Shown here piece by piece: positions 1 through 9,062 of a stretch of DNA of 64,000 nt; position 1 is the first letter of the stretch, and every line of letters starts with the position of its first letter. The notes under the pieces are model-generated. The model was given only the letters and a program-made list of their open reading frames with translations. It did no database searches and was not told the origin of the DNA. The DNA is taken from positions 17,249 through 81,248 of the forward strand of contig CAYHBB010000014.1 of NCBI GenBank assembly GCA_964354795.1, written 5' to 3'. Position numbers and translations under genes: made by a program. This DNA comes from an uncultured Planctomycetales bacterium (GTDB lineage: Bacteria; Omnitrophota; Gorgyraeia; Gygaellales; Profunditerraquicolaceae).

Positions 1-850
1 CTGAAGTCATACGCTCAACCACAAAAGCGCGGAAAAAATCTCCAAACAAAGGAAACCCAAAAAGAAAACCCTCAAACTGGCGCTGGCCTTCTTTGGTCGC
101 TATATATTTACGCAATAGCCAAACCGCTACGACCGCTCCGCCGATCATAAACAAAAAGTAGCTTCTCATAAACATACTTACCGTGATAAGCACCTTGGTC
201 AAAGCGGGAAGCTCGACATTAAAACCTTTAAACAGTTCCGCGAAAGTAGGGATAATATTTATGGTCATAAACAATAGCGCTCCAATACAGGCCACAAGCA
301 GAATAACAGGGTATATAAGCGCTGAGATGATCTTGCTTTTGAACGCGGCATCGCGCTCCAGGTACCCGGCTAAGCGGTTTAAGACTACCGCCAGGTTTCC
401 GCTTGCCTCACCGCTCTCCACAAGATTCACCCAAAGCTCAGAAAAGACTTTAGGATGCTTTGACATCGCTTCATGGAAACTTAAGCCCGCCTCCATCTTC
501 TTTTGCAAATCAGCCAGCACCGTATAAAGCTGCTTGCTGGAAACCTGCTGTTTGATAATATCAAGGCTCTTTAAAATGGTTACACCCGCGCCCAGCAATG
601 TCCCCAACTGGCGACAAAAAAGCACCAGGTCATCGCTATTAGCCCTGCCATGTTTAGTTCTTAATTTGGCTTTTACCGCGGTGGCTCCGCTCATTGCCGA
701 AAGGTCTACTTTGGCATCAGTAGTGATACTGATAACCAGGAGATCCTTGGACTGAAGCAAGTTGATCACCTCTTCAGAGGTCGCGCCTTCTTCAAGGCCG
801 CTACGCTTTTCTCCTTTTTTGTCACGGGCAATATAATAGAATTTCGGCAT
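1..850 (-). CDS. pilC: Type IV pilus / T2SS inner-membrane platform protein PilC/GspF. Only the N-terminal part is in the window; the gene starts at 850 and runs off the window start.
   Basis: Manual minus-strand translation from the ATG at 850..848 gives MPKFYYIARDKKGEKRSGLEEGATSEEVINLLQSKDLLVISI...LGAGVTILKSLDIIKQQV, a typical GspF/PilC N-terminus. TAATG overlap with the pilB stop. Not in the ORF track because it exits the window. Confidence 0.8.
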   Translation of the reverse strand, partial: MPKFYYIARDKKGEKRSGLEEGATSEEVINLLQSKDLLVISITTDAKVDLSAMSGATAVKAKLRTKHGRANSDDLVLFCRQLGTLLGAGVTILKSLDIIKQQVSSKQLYTVLADLQKKMEAGLSFHEAMSKHPKVFSELWVNLVESGEASGNLAVVLNRLAGYLERDAAFKSKIISALIYPVILLVACIGALLFMTINIIPTFAELFKGFNVELPALTKVLITVSMFMRSYFLFMIGGAVVAVWLLRKYIATKEGQRQFEGFLFGFPLFGDFFRAFVVERMTS

Positions 851-2568
851 TATTCAGCTCCTATGGTAACAGAAAGCGCTTCTTCTAAAGAGGTAGTGCC
901 CTCTTCCACCTTGCGCAATCCTGATTCATACAATGTCTGCATTCCGGAGGCGCGCGCCACTTCCCTGATCCTCTGGAAAGAAGCCTTCTGGTTGATCAGT
1001 TCCTGTATCTGAGCATTGATCACCATCACCTCGCCTATACAAATCCTCTCCCTGTATCCTAATTGATTACACTTTGGGCAACCTTTGGCCCGATAGATCA
1101 ATTCTGCTTTCAATTTGACATGCTTAAGCTGCTCAGGGGTAGGCTCGTATGCTTCCTTACACTCAGGGCAAAGCTTACGCACCAGACGCTGGGCCACCAC
1201 ACATAATATAGAAGGAGCAAGCATGTAAGACTCGATACCTATATCCATGAGACGGGTGACCGCCGAAGAAGCGTCATTGGTATGCAAAGTACTTAACACC
1301 AAGTGGCCCGTAAGCGCTGAGCGGATACAGATCTGCGCGGTCTCTAAATCGCGCACTTCGCCGACTAGCATGACATCAGGATCCTGGCGCAGGAAGCTGC
1401 GCAAGCACGCTGCAAAAGTAAGGCCTATCTCAGGCTTGATCTGGACCTGGTTTATCCCCTCCAACTTATATTCCACGGGATCCTCGACAGTAATAATATT
1501 TTTCGATGGGCTCTTGATCTCATTAAGCATGGCATAAAGCGTAGTAGTCTTTCCGCTTCCTGTGGGCCCGGTCAAGAACACCAGGCCATAGGGGGCATTG
1601 ATGGATTTACGCATATCCTCTAACTGCTTTGGCTCAAACCCCATCCTGGCTAAATCCAGCACTACCTGGCTGCGGTTCAAAAGGCGCATTACCACTTTCT
1701 CGCCGTAAATTGTCGGAATTGTCGAAACACGGATATCTACGGGAAGGTTTTCCATCTTCACCATAAAAGCGCCGTCCTGAGGAAGGCGCTTTTCCGCTAT
1801 GTCTAATTTGGAAAGGATCTTGATACGCGAGATGATCGCCATATGCATGTGCTTTGCCGGCGGGGGGATCTCATAAAGCTTTCCGTCTATGCGATAGCGT
1901 AAGTTTATCCTGTCCTTAAACGGCTCGATATGAATATCTGACGCGCGTTCGTCAATGGCCTGATGAATAATCAGGTCCACTAATTTTACTACCGGCGCCT
2001 CTTCCGCGCGGGCGATCATTTTATCCAGGCTTAGCTCCTGGCCGGACACCTCCACCTCGGATGAGAACTCAACACCAGTGATATCATAACTGGCATTCAC
2101 CGCATCCTTAAGCATAGCGGACTTACCGTAGAAATCCGTTACCGCCTTTGCAATATCAGACTTGGTGGCCACAACCGCATTTACTTCGCAACCGGTAAGT
2201 TTACGCAGATTATCTATGAGGATCAAATCCAGGGGATCTGCTAATGCAACGGTAAGGGATCTGAGTGTGCGGGACAGCGCAAGGACTGAATTCTTTATGG
2301 CGAATTCCTGAGGGATCAAACGCTCAAGGCCCTGGTCATTGGCGGGCTTAAGCATCCCGGTGCCAAGCGAGAAATATGGAATATTGAGCTGCCGGCCGAG
2401 GACCGCCACCAGCTGGTCTTCTTTTACCAACCCCAACTTCACCACGATTTCACCGAGACGGCCACCCTCCTGCCGCTGCGTGCTTATAGCTTTTTCCAGC
2501 TGGTCCGCGCTGATAAGGCCTTCCTGCACCAGAAGCTCACCCAATCTAAGATACTTCTCTTTGGCCAT
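850..2568 (-). CDS. pilB: Type IV pilus assembly / T2SS ATPase (GspE/PilB family)
   Basis: 572 aa. N-terminal GspE_N-like domain, Walker A LTGPTGSGKTTTLYA, C-terminal CPECK...CPKC zinc motif. Confidence 0.9.
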   Translation of the reverse strand: MAKEKYLRLGELLVQEGLISADQLEKAISTQRQEGGRLGEIVVKLGLVKEDQLVAVLGRQLNIPYFSLGTGMLKPANDQGLERLIPQEFAIKNSVLALSRTLRSLTVALADPLDLILIDNLRKLTGCEVNAVVATKSDIAKAVTDFYGKSAMLKDAVNASYDITGVEFSSEVEVSGQELSLDKMIARAEEAPVVKLVDLIIHQAIDERASDIHIEPFKDRINLRYRIDGKLYEIPPPAKHMHMAIISRIKILSKLDIAEKRLPQDGAFMVKMENLPVDIRVSTIPTIYGEKVVMRLLNRSQVVLDLARMGFEPKQLEDMRKSINAPYGLVFLTGPTGSGKTTTLYAMLNEIKSPSKNIITVEDPVEYKLEGINQVQIKPEIGLTFAACLRSFLRQDPDVMLVGEVRDLETAQICIRSALTGHLVLSTLHTNDASSAVTRLMDIGIESYMLAPSILCVVAQRLVRKLCPECKEAYEPTPEQLKHVKLKAELIYRAKGCPKCNQLGYRERICIGEVMVINAQIQELINQKASFQRIREVARASGMQTLYESGLRKVEEGTTSLEEALSVTIGAE

Positions 2569-2589
2569 AGGAAAGTTTACCGAAGGGCC

Positions 2590-4224
2590 TTATTTCTCGT
2601 AGTTGCTGATATATTTATTTATGGTGGCCTGCCTGTTTACTACAGCAGCGTCACCCTGTTCTCTCTGAGGCATCATCGCTTTTGCCGCTCTCATCGGTTT
2701 AGGCCCCTGTACAATTTCAGAAGGCTTTACGTCACGAATGATGTGCGGCGTGATAAATACCAGCAGCTCGCGCTCTTTGCCGGGGGTCTGGGACTTGTGC
2801 CGGAAAGCTGCGCCAATAAACGGCAAGTCTCCCAGAATGGGAAGCTTACTGACTACGGTGGTGGTATCATTACGGATTAAACCGCCAATAACGATAGTCT
2901 CTCCGTCTTTTAGTTTAACTACCTGCTTGGTGCTTCTTTCTTCCGGGTCTCTAAACTGAAAGGTGCCGCTTGCACCCATTTCAAAAGGCTGGCCTGCCGA
3001 AGCTGTGCTGACTTTCGGATAGACAAAAAGCGTTATTTCTCCTGCATCCACATTGATCTGTGGACTGACCCGAAGAATGACACCGGTCCAAGCACGCTCT
3101 GCCGTATTCGTAGTAGTTCCCGTACCACCTGTTGAGGTGGCAGATGAAGTTAATCCAATAGCTTCATTAGTAGCGATCCTAATCTCTGCGGTCTCATTAT
3201 TCAAGGTCATGATCCGCGGACGAGCCAAAATCTTAGTATCAGTTTGCGTAGTCAGAAAGTCGAAAGTTAATGTGCTTCCAATAAGAGTAAAGATTGAAGG
3301 CCCAAAATGAGCCGCATTCCAAGGAGCGAAATCCCAACCGCCACCGAATTGGTCGGCGGCAGGATCAATCGTCCTGCCTTTGCCACTCGTACCATTGTTG
3401 TCTCCAAAAGGCCATGATGTCTCCCTGGTACCGGAAACAGTTAAGCTTGCTAAAGTTGTCGGCCACTGCACACCCAGCTCATCCACCACGTTCTTAGCCA
3501 CATCCAGCATCTCTACTTCCAGCAATACCTGCGGAATAGCCATGTCCAACGCAGCCACAATCTGAGTGATCACTTCCATACGGCTAGGAATATCGGTAAC
3601 AATAAGGCTGTTGGTGCGGTAATCCTCGATCAACGAGCCATTAGCGGAAAGGATCTTCTTAATGGCATAGGTGATCCCTGACTCATCCTCCACCTTCCAT
3701 TTTCCCTTTTCCGTAGTACTGCTATCTGTCGTTGTACTGGTTGTTGTAGTCTCGCTTCCTGCCATCAACGTTGTGTCGCCGGTCAGATTAGTACTCATCT
3801 CTTCCTTCATGGAGGAAGAAGATACTGATGCGTTCTTAAGGTAAAAAACTTTTGTAACTGTCTCAACTGTCGGCTTTCCCCAGTCCTTTACAATAAAAAT
3901 CTTGGCCTGCTTATCCATATTATAGGAAAGGTTATTGGCCTTAAACAGATTATTCATCGCCTCGCTCAAAGGCACCTTATCCATATAGAGGGTGACTTTC
4001 CTGTCTTGAACCCCTTCTGAAGCAAGGAAATTCATTCCCGACTGGATGGAAAATACTTTCAGGACATCCTTAAGGTTAGCGTCCTGAAAATCCATAGAGA
4101 TAGTCGGCTCAACATCCGGATATGGAAGTGTTGCGTCGGCAGACAGCCTTGATACAGGTATAAACATAGCGAGCAAGAAAATAATTAAGCCTGATCTTAA
4201 ATACGATTTCATATTAACCTCCAC
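2590..4224 (-). CDS. pilQ: Secretin (PilQ/GspD family) with signal peptide. Start may be the internal MKSYLR at 4212.
   Basis: 544 aa. Signal peptide, secretin N-domains, Thr/Ser-rich linker, C-terminal secretin motifs GETIVIGGLI...LPILGDLPFIGAAFR...RELLVFITPHII. Confidence 0.85.
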   Translation of the reverse strand: MEVNMKSYLRSGLIIFLLAMFIPVSRLSADATLPYPDVEPTISMDFQDANLKDVLKVFSIQSGMNFLASEGVQDRKVTLYMDKVPLSEAMNNLFKANNLSYNMDKQAKIFIVKDWGKPTVETVTKVFYLKNASVSSSSMKEEMSTNLTGDTTLMAGSETTTTSTTTDSSTTEKGKWKVEDESGITYAIKKILSANGSLIEDYRTNSLIVTDIPSRMEVITQIVAALDMAIPQVLLEVEMLDVAKNVVDELGVQWPTTLASLTVSGTRETSWPFGDNNGTSGKGRTIDPAADQFGGGWDFAPWNAAHFGPSIFTLIGSTLTFDFLTTQTDTKILARPRIMTLNNETAEIRIATNEAIGLTSSATSTGGTGTTTNTAERAWTGVILRVSPQINVDAGEITLFVYPKVSTASAGQPFEMGASGTFQFRDPEERSTKQVVKLKDGETIVIGGLIRNDTTTVVSKLPILGDLPFIGAAFRHKSQTPGKERELLVFITPHIIRDVKPSEIVQGPKPMRAAKAMMPQREQGDAAVVNRQATINKYISNYEK

Positions 4225-4666
4225 TAGGTTTGGTTCCGGCGCCGGATCCAGCAGCCGGTGATGAGATAGCTGATTCTGACCCTTCGAATAAGACGATTAT
4301 ACCTTCTTTCGCAATAGCCTTTATCTTGACGCCTTCTATAGTATCCCCTACTTTTAAGACCTTATTGTTGATGATCGCCTGCGGGAAATTCCCCCCCCAG
4401 ATGACCCCTTGCACCGTAAGCGCCGGCAAAGGCTTCTTTTCTACGGGGTTGACTTCCTCGCCTGTCCCGGACTGCCCGCCTTTACCCATAAAAGGATCGC
4501 GCAACCCTTGAGCCGAATAATCGACCTTAGGCCGAAGCAACTGATCCGGTGATTGCGCCGAAACAGTTTTTTCAGCACCCACAAAGCTCTGCGCAAAACA
4601 AACCACAGAAAAGACCACACTTAAGACCATCGCCACAGACAACAAACAATATTTTGTTTTTCTCAT
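4214..4666 (-). CDS. PilP-like pilus assembly lipoprotein (secreted, 150 aa)
   Basis: Signal peptide MRKTKYCLLSVAMVLSVVFSVVCFA. C-terminal beta-rich segment VQGVIWGGNFPQAIINNKVLKVGDTIEGVKIKAI resembles the PilP C-domain. Located between pilO and pilQ. Confidence 0.45.
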   Translation of the reverse strand: MRKTKYCLLSVAMVLSVVFSVVCFAQSFVGAEKTVSAQSPDQLLRPKVDYSAQGLRDPFMGKGGQSGTGEEVNPVEKKPLPALTVQGVIWGGNFPQAIINNKVLKVGDTIEGVKIKAIAKEGIIVLFEGSESAISSPAAGSGAGTKPSGG

Positions 4667-4670
4667 AATT

Positions 4671-5183
4671 TTATTCTGCCAGCGCTATGGAGGCGATAGT
4701 CACATTAGCCATAAGCCTGCCGGGCTCTCCCTCTTTGCCTGTTGTGATCTCAACCGAATCCACCACATAAACATCCTGAGCGCTTTCTATTGCGCTGATG
4801 AATTTACCCAACGCATGGTAACTTGGAGGAGCTACCGTTAAAACAAAGGGCATCCTGATGAATTCATTTATTTTTACCTCCGGCACCGGCTTGACAGTGA
4901 CCACCCGAATGCCTAGTTCCTTAGCCATATTAGTGATTGTCGCCATGACCAGGCTGGTATCTTTTTTAGTCAGCAGCTTGCGGTAAGCGGCCATAGTCTT
5001 CTCTGACTGATCAATCTCCTCCAGCTTCTTAGACTTATCCTGCTCATTCTTAATATCGCTTGAAAGCTTTATCTTAGCCTGCTCATTTTTCTGATAAAGT
5101 TGGAAAGCGACAACTCCGGCAATGACAACCACGATAAGATTTAACACTAAGTTCTTCTTTTTATTAGTCTGGTCTGATCCCAT
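4671..5183 (-). CDS. pilO: PilO-like pilus assembly protein (single TM, coiled coil, ferredoxin-like domain)
   Basis: 170 aa. N-terminal TM LVLNLIVVVIAGVVAF, charged coiled coil, then a C-terminal domain. Position between pilMN and pilP. Confidence 0.55.
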   Translation of the reverse strand: MGSDQTNKKKNLVLNLIVVVIAGVVAFQLYQKNEQAKIKLSSDIKNEQDKSKKLEEIDQSEKTMAAYRKLLTKKDTSLVMATITNMAKELGIRVVTVKPVPEVKINEFIRMPFVLTVAPPSYHALGKFISAIESAQDVYVVDSVEITTGKEGEPGRLMANVTIASIALAE

Positions 5184-5196
5184 AGTATTTATCCCT

Positions 5197-6747
5197 TTAA
5201 TTAGTTGTACAAGAGATGGAGAACGTGGTCATATTCACCGCGCCCTCACCCTCTGCACGATCAAGCACCAAAAGTTTAATATTTGTAAAATACTTGGTGA
5301 AGCTCGGGTTCTCTTTAAGGCTGGCAATGAATTTATTGACCGCCTCAAACTCCTTCTCGCCATCACCCATATCTGCTAACCCTTTTAGCTGCAGGTCCCC
5401 ACTATCCTTATCTTTTTTGAAGGTAAAGTTAGTCAGCCATACCCCGTCCGGAATCACCCGCGGTATCACATCAAGCGGCTGAGTCAGATAAAGCTGCTTC
5501 TTTACCAGCCCGTCAAGATAGCTAAGGCGGGTTTTGAAAATGGTATCCACCGTAAGCATCTGATCAAAAGTGGCGCCTGGACTTACCGAAGCCACTTTTA
5601 CCTGCTTACTGATTACCTGAGCCAATTCTTCCTTCAGAGGATTGGTCTGAGTCTGGCCGTAAATGATCACCCCGGCACATATCGCTACCCCCAACACAAC
5701 CGCCAGCGGATTTATTTTAAACCCTTTGAAAAGCGTTGCCACATCTATCTGTCCGGCTTTGGCCGGTCCGACTTGCTTACGCGCGCGAGCCGCCAAAAGG
5801 TTCAACTTAATATCGCTGCGGATCGCAGGCGCAAGAGAAGTAGTAAACCCCTTTACGAAGTTAGAATCAAATTGCACAGGCTTTCCGAAATACTTAGACA
5901 AATCAAGAAACTGCGCTGAAAGGCCGGTATCCATTACTGAGGCCTCCAGCTCAGAGCGATTCTCGGGATTTGAAATAAGGAATAACTTCTGGATGCTCTT
6001 GGCCGGGAACTTACGGTGGTAATAATCCAAAGACACGCGGATCTCGGTCTTAAGCTTTTCCATAGCCATACCTACATCCGACTCAACGCCGCGGCTGAAC
6101 TCATCGGGCCCGCCGGCTAAATTAATATCCCGGCTAAAAACCGGAAAACCGTTCTCGAGCACGGTAAAGTTGACCTCATCTTCGCCTTTAAGATCGGCAC
6201 AGACAATACCGACAATGCCCTTATTGCTGATGCCCGATAGCCCCAGCGCCCGGATGAGGCTGAACGCCGAATACTCTATGGACCGAACCTTGATGCCCAA
6301 CTCGCTAGTTATAGTAAAGTAACGCTCAAGAGTCTCTTTCTTGATGCCCATAAAAAGGACTTGATTCCTCTTGTTGACCTTATCAAACTCTAGCTGATAA
6401 TCAGAAACCAGTTCTTCCATTTTAAAAGGAATATACTTCTTCGCCTCAAAAGTAATGGCACTACCTATCTCCTCACGCGGCAGGACAGGGATATCGAAAT
6501 TACGGATGATCAGATCCTTTCCGCAAAGACTAAGCGTAGCCTCTTTGGCGTTGATCTTATTCCTGCGCAACTCATCCTTAAAGAGAGCTACAATCTCAAT
6601 AGTCTTAAGCTCGGTCGGGACCTTTTCTCCCAGCTCTCCCGTAGCAACTGTCGATTGCAACAGCTGAGTGTTGACAACAAGCTTTTTACCGCTGGTTTCT
6701 ACTACGCTAATAACTTTGGGCCCGAAATAGATGCCTAGTGAACTCAT
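5197..6747 (-). CDS. pilM: PilM-PilN fusion: actin-like ATPase-fold PilM followed by a TM and a PilN-like periplasmic domain
   Basis: 516 aa. N-terminal ~330 aa with a PilM/FtsA-like fold; internal TM PLAVVLGVAICAGVIIYG at about aa 335-355; C-terminal ~160 aa PilN-like. Confidence 0.7.
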   Translation of the reverse strand: MSSLGIYFGPKVISVVETSGKKLVVNTQLLQSTVATGELGEKVPTELKTIEIVALFKDELRRNKINAKEATLSLCGKDLIIRNFDIPVLPREEIGSAITFEAKKYIPFKMEELVSDYQLEFDKVNKRNQVLFMGIKKETLERYFTITSELGIKVRSIEYSAFSLIRALGLSGISNKGIVGIVCADLKGEDEVNFTVLENGFPVFSRDINLAGGPDEFSRGVESDVGMAMEKLKTEIRVSLDYYHRKFPAKSIQKLFLISNPENRSELEASVMDTGLSAQFLDLSKYFGKPVQFDSNFVKGFTTSLAPAIRSDIKLNLLAARARKQVGPAKAGQIDVATLFKGFKINPLAVVLGVAICAGVIIYGQTQTNPLKEELAQVISKQVKVASVSPGATFDQMLTVDTIFKTRLSYLDGLVKKQLYLTQPLDVIPRVIPDGVWLTNFTFKKDKDSGDLQLKGLADMGDGEKEFEAVNKFIASLKENPSFTKYFTNIKLLVLDRAEGEGAVNMTTFSISCTTN

Positions 6748-6944
6748 TGTTTATCTCCAGATTTTTGGTCTTTGGATAAGCGCCTCTTGCTCTTGAGCCA
6801 ATTATCAATTTCCTTATGCTCAAATCTCCAGACGCCTCCGACCTTTATCCCGGTAATCTTGCGTTGATGCAGCCAATTATAAATAGTCTGCTTCTTTAAG
6901 CGAAGATAGTCGGCCAATTCATCTATGTCCATCAGCTTTGCCAT
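6744..6944 (-). CDS. Small excisionase-family (MerR-like HTH_17) DNA-binding protein, first gene of the pilus operon
   Basis: 66 aa, MAKLMDIDELADYLRLKKQTIYNWLHQRKITGIKVGGVWRFEHKEIDNWL. Matches the excisionase-type HTH pattern (..TIY.w...G.lpa.K.Gg.WRf....ld.WL). ATGA overlap with the pilMN start. Confidence 0.6.
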   Translation of the reverse strand: MAKLMDIDELADYLRLKKQTIYNWLHQRKITGIKVGGVWRFEHKEIDNWLKSKRRLSKDQKSGDKQ

Positions 6945-6984
6945 ACAGTTCTTTCCTTATCTACTGTTAACTACTGCGATTTGA

Positions 6985-7013
6985 ATTAAACCACAAAGAA
7001 TCACTTTTGTCAA
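6985..7013 (-). promoter_or_regulatory. Sigma70-like promoter for the HTH-pilMNOPQBC operon: TTGACA, 17-nt spacer, TTTAAT on the minus strand
   Basis: Plus tgtcaa at 7008-7013 is the revcomp of TTGACA; plus attaaa at 6985-6990 is the revcomp of TTTAAT; spacer 17 nt; about 35 nt upstream of the HTH ATG. Confidence 0.35.
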
Positions 7014-7139
7014 GTGTTTTTTTATATAATCTTACTCAAGCTTACTTTAGATGCGAAATCGCCGTCGCAAATGAATACATACAATATTATAATATACTTA
7101 CTCAATCTTAACTAGAATGTGGTTTTATACTGTAGAATA

Positions 7140-7547
7140 CTACGGAGTAGTGTAGGTGTAGGTAGACGTGCAGGTAATGCAGGCAGCCACCCCTGGAGAT
7201 GGACAAGCTGGATCGCTATCAGCTCTGATTATTAAGGAAACGCCAGTTATCGAGGCAGGCTTGAAATCATTGACTAAATCCAAGCTGACATTGGCGGCAT
7301 TGCAAGGCGAAGCAGCTCTGCAATTCGTTCCGGCAACCCAGGTACCTCTCCTTAACTGTTCCTGGGCATAGGTAACCGCTGCCTTAGAGGCGTAATAGGC
7401 TTGTATACGGGACAACTGATGGTGTGTAAGGCGGGACTGGTTAGAGATAAGATTCATGACCGCAGTTGCCAAAAGCACGCTCACCAGGATCGTAGCTAAA
7501 ACAATGACTAAGACTACACCTTTATTATTCTTACTTAGTTCAACCAT
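7140..7547 (-). CDS. PilX/GspK-like minor pseudopilin with a Cys-rich C-terminus
   Basis: 135 aa. KNNKG then a hydrophobic helix VVLVIVLATILVSVLLATAVMNL with no Glu at +5. ISNQSRLTHHQLSRIQAYYASKAAVTYAQEQL resembles the PilX N-terminal domain. Confidence 0.5.
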   Translation of the reverse strand: MVELSKNNKGVVLVIVLATILVSVLLATAVMNLISNQSRLTHHQLSRIQAYYASKAAVTYAQEQLRRGTWVAGTNCRAASPCNAANVSLDLVNDFKPASITGVSLIIRADSDPACPSPGVAACITCTSTYTYTTP

Positions 7548-7746
7548 CTTTCCTTAAGGAAATTCTATAGTCTCCCTGGACCTGTTGCAGGATCACGTGC
7601 CCTTCCCTGGCCAGCCAGCCCAGGCTCATCAGGACATTATCCCGCGGCTTATCGATGCCCTTTACCAATACTGCCAGGGCTACCTCTCCGTGCAAATCCA
7701 AATAATGCCAGATCTCTCCCGCGACAATACCAATTTCTGTTATCAT
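7540..7746 (-). CDS. Small winged-helix protein (DUF2582-like), 68 aa
   Basis: MITEIGIVAGEIWHYLDLHGEVALAVLVKGIDKPRDNVLMSLGWLAREGHVILQQ. wHTH-like small protein pattern. 8-nt overlap with the downstream pseudopilin gene. Confidence 0.4.
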   Translation of the reverse strand: MITEIGIVAGEIWHYLDLHGEVALAVLVKGIDKPRDNVLMSLGWLAREGHVILQQVQGDYRISLRKDG

Positions 7747-7792
7747 GAATTACCTCCAATTTTTATTATACGGAAAATAAAAATTATGTCAA

Positions 7793-8014
7793 TTATTTTT
7801 TGTTATAACTTCCGCAGCGCGGGCAAACCGAGATCTTGTCTTCCTTAGTATTTACATAATTATAAGTGCAGACAGAGCAAAACCATATATACTTAGGGTC
7901 CAGTGTAAGGCCCTTGCTTTTTTCTTTTCTACGCATGACAGAAACGCACATTAAGGTAAATACTATAAATACTATATATATAGCTATTGAGCTAGAGAAA
8001 TCTAAGGTGATCAC
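7793..8014 (-). CDS. Small membrane protein with a C-terminal CxxC...CxxC zinc-ribbon
   Basis: 73 aa. TM helix IAIYIVFIVFTLMCVSV, then CSVCTYNYVNTKEDKISVCPRCGS. 4-nt overlap with the upstream TonB-like gene. Confidence 0.4.
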   Translation of the reverse strand: MITLDFSSSIAIYIVFIVFTLMCVSVMRRKEKSKGLTLDPKYIWFCSVCTYNYVNTKEDKISVCPRCGSYNKK

Positions 8015-8652
8015 TTCTTCTCCGACAGGTCGATCTTGACCGTATGCCAGCTGTTAGGAGAGAAACGGTTCTGCTGGATGAACAGGTAATGACTCATGTA
8101 GCGCATGGTCAAAAGGTCTACCTCGGGGTTGCCCGATGAGATCTTGCGCTTTATGGCGATGGCGTTACCCGTATGCGTGGGAATGATCTTGAACATGACC
8201 TCTACGTGCGCCACGTGCCTGTCCTTAAAATAAAGCGTGAACCCGTAAGGAAGTATAGGATGAAATACGATATTGGGTTCACTACCCTTACGCACAAAGC
8301 GCCCGGGTGCGGACTTTTGAACGTAAACGCTCTTAGAGAAACCGCGCCCGTATTCCAGGGAAGGCTTTATGTAGCCTGGGGAGACGGCGACAGCCTCACT
8401 CTTGGCTCTAGGGGTAGCCGTTAATCCTTGAGGCCGTCTGAAAAAATCGCCGATGACTTTTATATTATTAAGGGAATTGCTGCTGAGCTTGTAACGCGCG
8501 GACATCGGAATATCGCTCCAGAAAGAAACGCGGCCGTAACTTTCAGCGCCAGGAAGTTTTTGCCCAAAGGATACGGCCACAAGGCTTAAAACCGCAAGGT
8601 GCCCGACCGCGGAATATACTAAGCTTTTTCTGGAAAGCGCAAGATTCAGCAT
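8011..8652 (-). CDS. TonB-family energy transducer-like protein
   Basis: 213 aa. N-terminal TM with an S-x-x-x-H motif (YSAVGHLAVLSLVAV) as in the TonB TM. C-terminal region ILPYGF...HVAHVEVMFKIIPTHTGNAIAIKRKISSGNPEVDLLTMRYMSHYLF resembles the TonB C-domain. Directly downstream of exbB-exbD. Confidence 0.5.
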   Translation of the reverse strand: MLNLALSRKSLVYSAVGHLAVLSLVAVSFGQKLPGAESYGRVSFWSDIPMSARYKLSSNSLNNIKVIGDFFRRPQGLTATPRAKSEAVAVSPGYIKPSLEYGRGFSKSVYVQKSAPGRFVRKGSEPNIVFHPILPYGFTLYFKDRHVAHVEVMFKIIPTHTGNAIAIKRKISSGNPEVDLLTMRYMSHYLFIQQNRFSPNSWHTVKIDLSEKK

Positions 8653-8653
8653 C

Positions 8654-9055
8654 CTACTCCTGGTTGGTCGCGATAAACACCCGCGTAATGCCTGCTGAGC
8701 GGGCCATATCCCAGATCTTGGCCGCTCTTCCTAAAGAGCTGCTGCGATCGGCCTTGATCAATATTGCGGCCCTGCCCCTAGAGATCTGCTTGAATGCCGC
8801 CTCAAGCTCGTCATCAGATACTACCCGCCCGTTTAAAGAAGCCACATTCTCGGAGCTGACCAGCACTTCGATATTTTCCCGGCTCACCGCCTCGCTGGTC
8901 ACCGCGCGCGGCAGGTTCACCGGCACCGCCGGCTGAGAGACAAACCCTGAGCCAAGCATCACGAATATCAACAACAGGAATGCCACGTTGACGAGCGGCG
9001 CGATATCCATTGACTTAAGCCCGTGCTCAAATTCCATCCTGCCTTTAAATTTCAT
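8654..9055 (-). CDS. exbD: Biopolymer transport protein ExbD/TolR
   Basis: 133 aa, single TM PLVNVAFLLLIFVMLGS, ExbD-type periplasmic domain. Confidence 0.85.
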   Translation of the reverse strand: MKFKGRMEFEHGLKSMDIAPLVNVAFLLLIFVMLGSGFVSQPAVPVNLPRAVTSEAVSRENIEVLVSSENVASLNGRVVSDDELEAAFKQISRGRAAILIKADRSSSLGRAAKIWDMARSAGITRVFIATNQE

Positions 9056-9062
9056 CCCGCGG

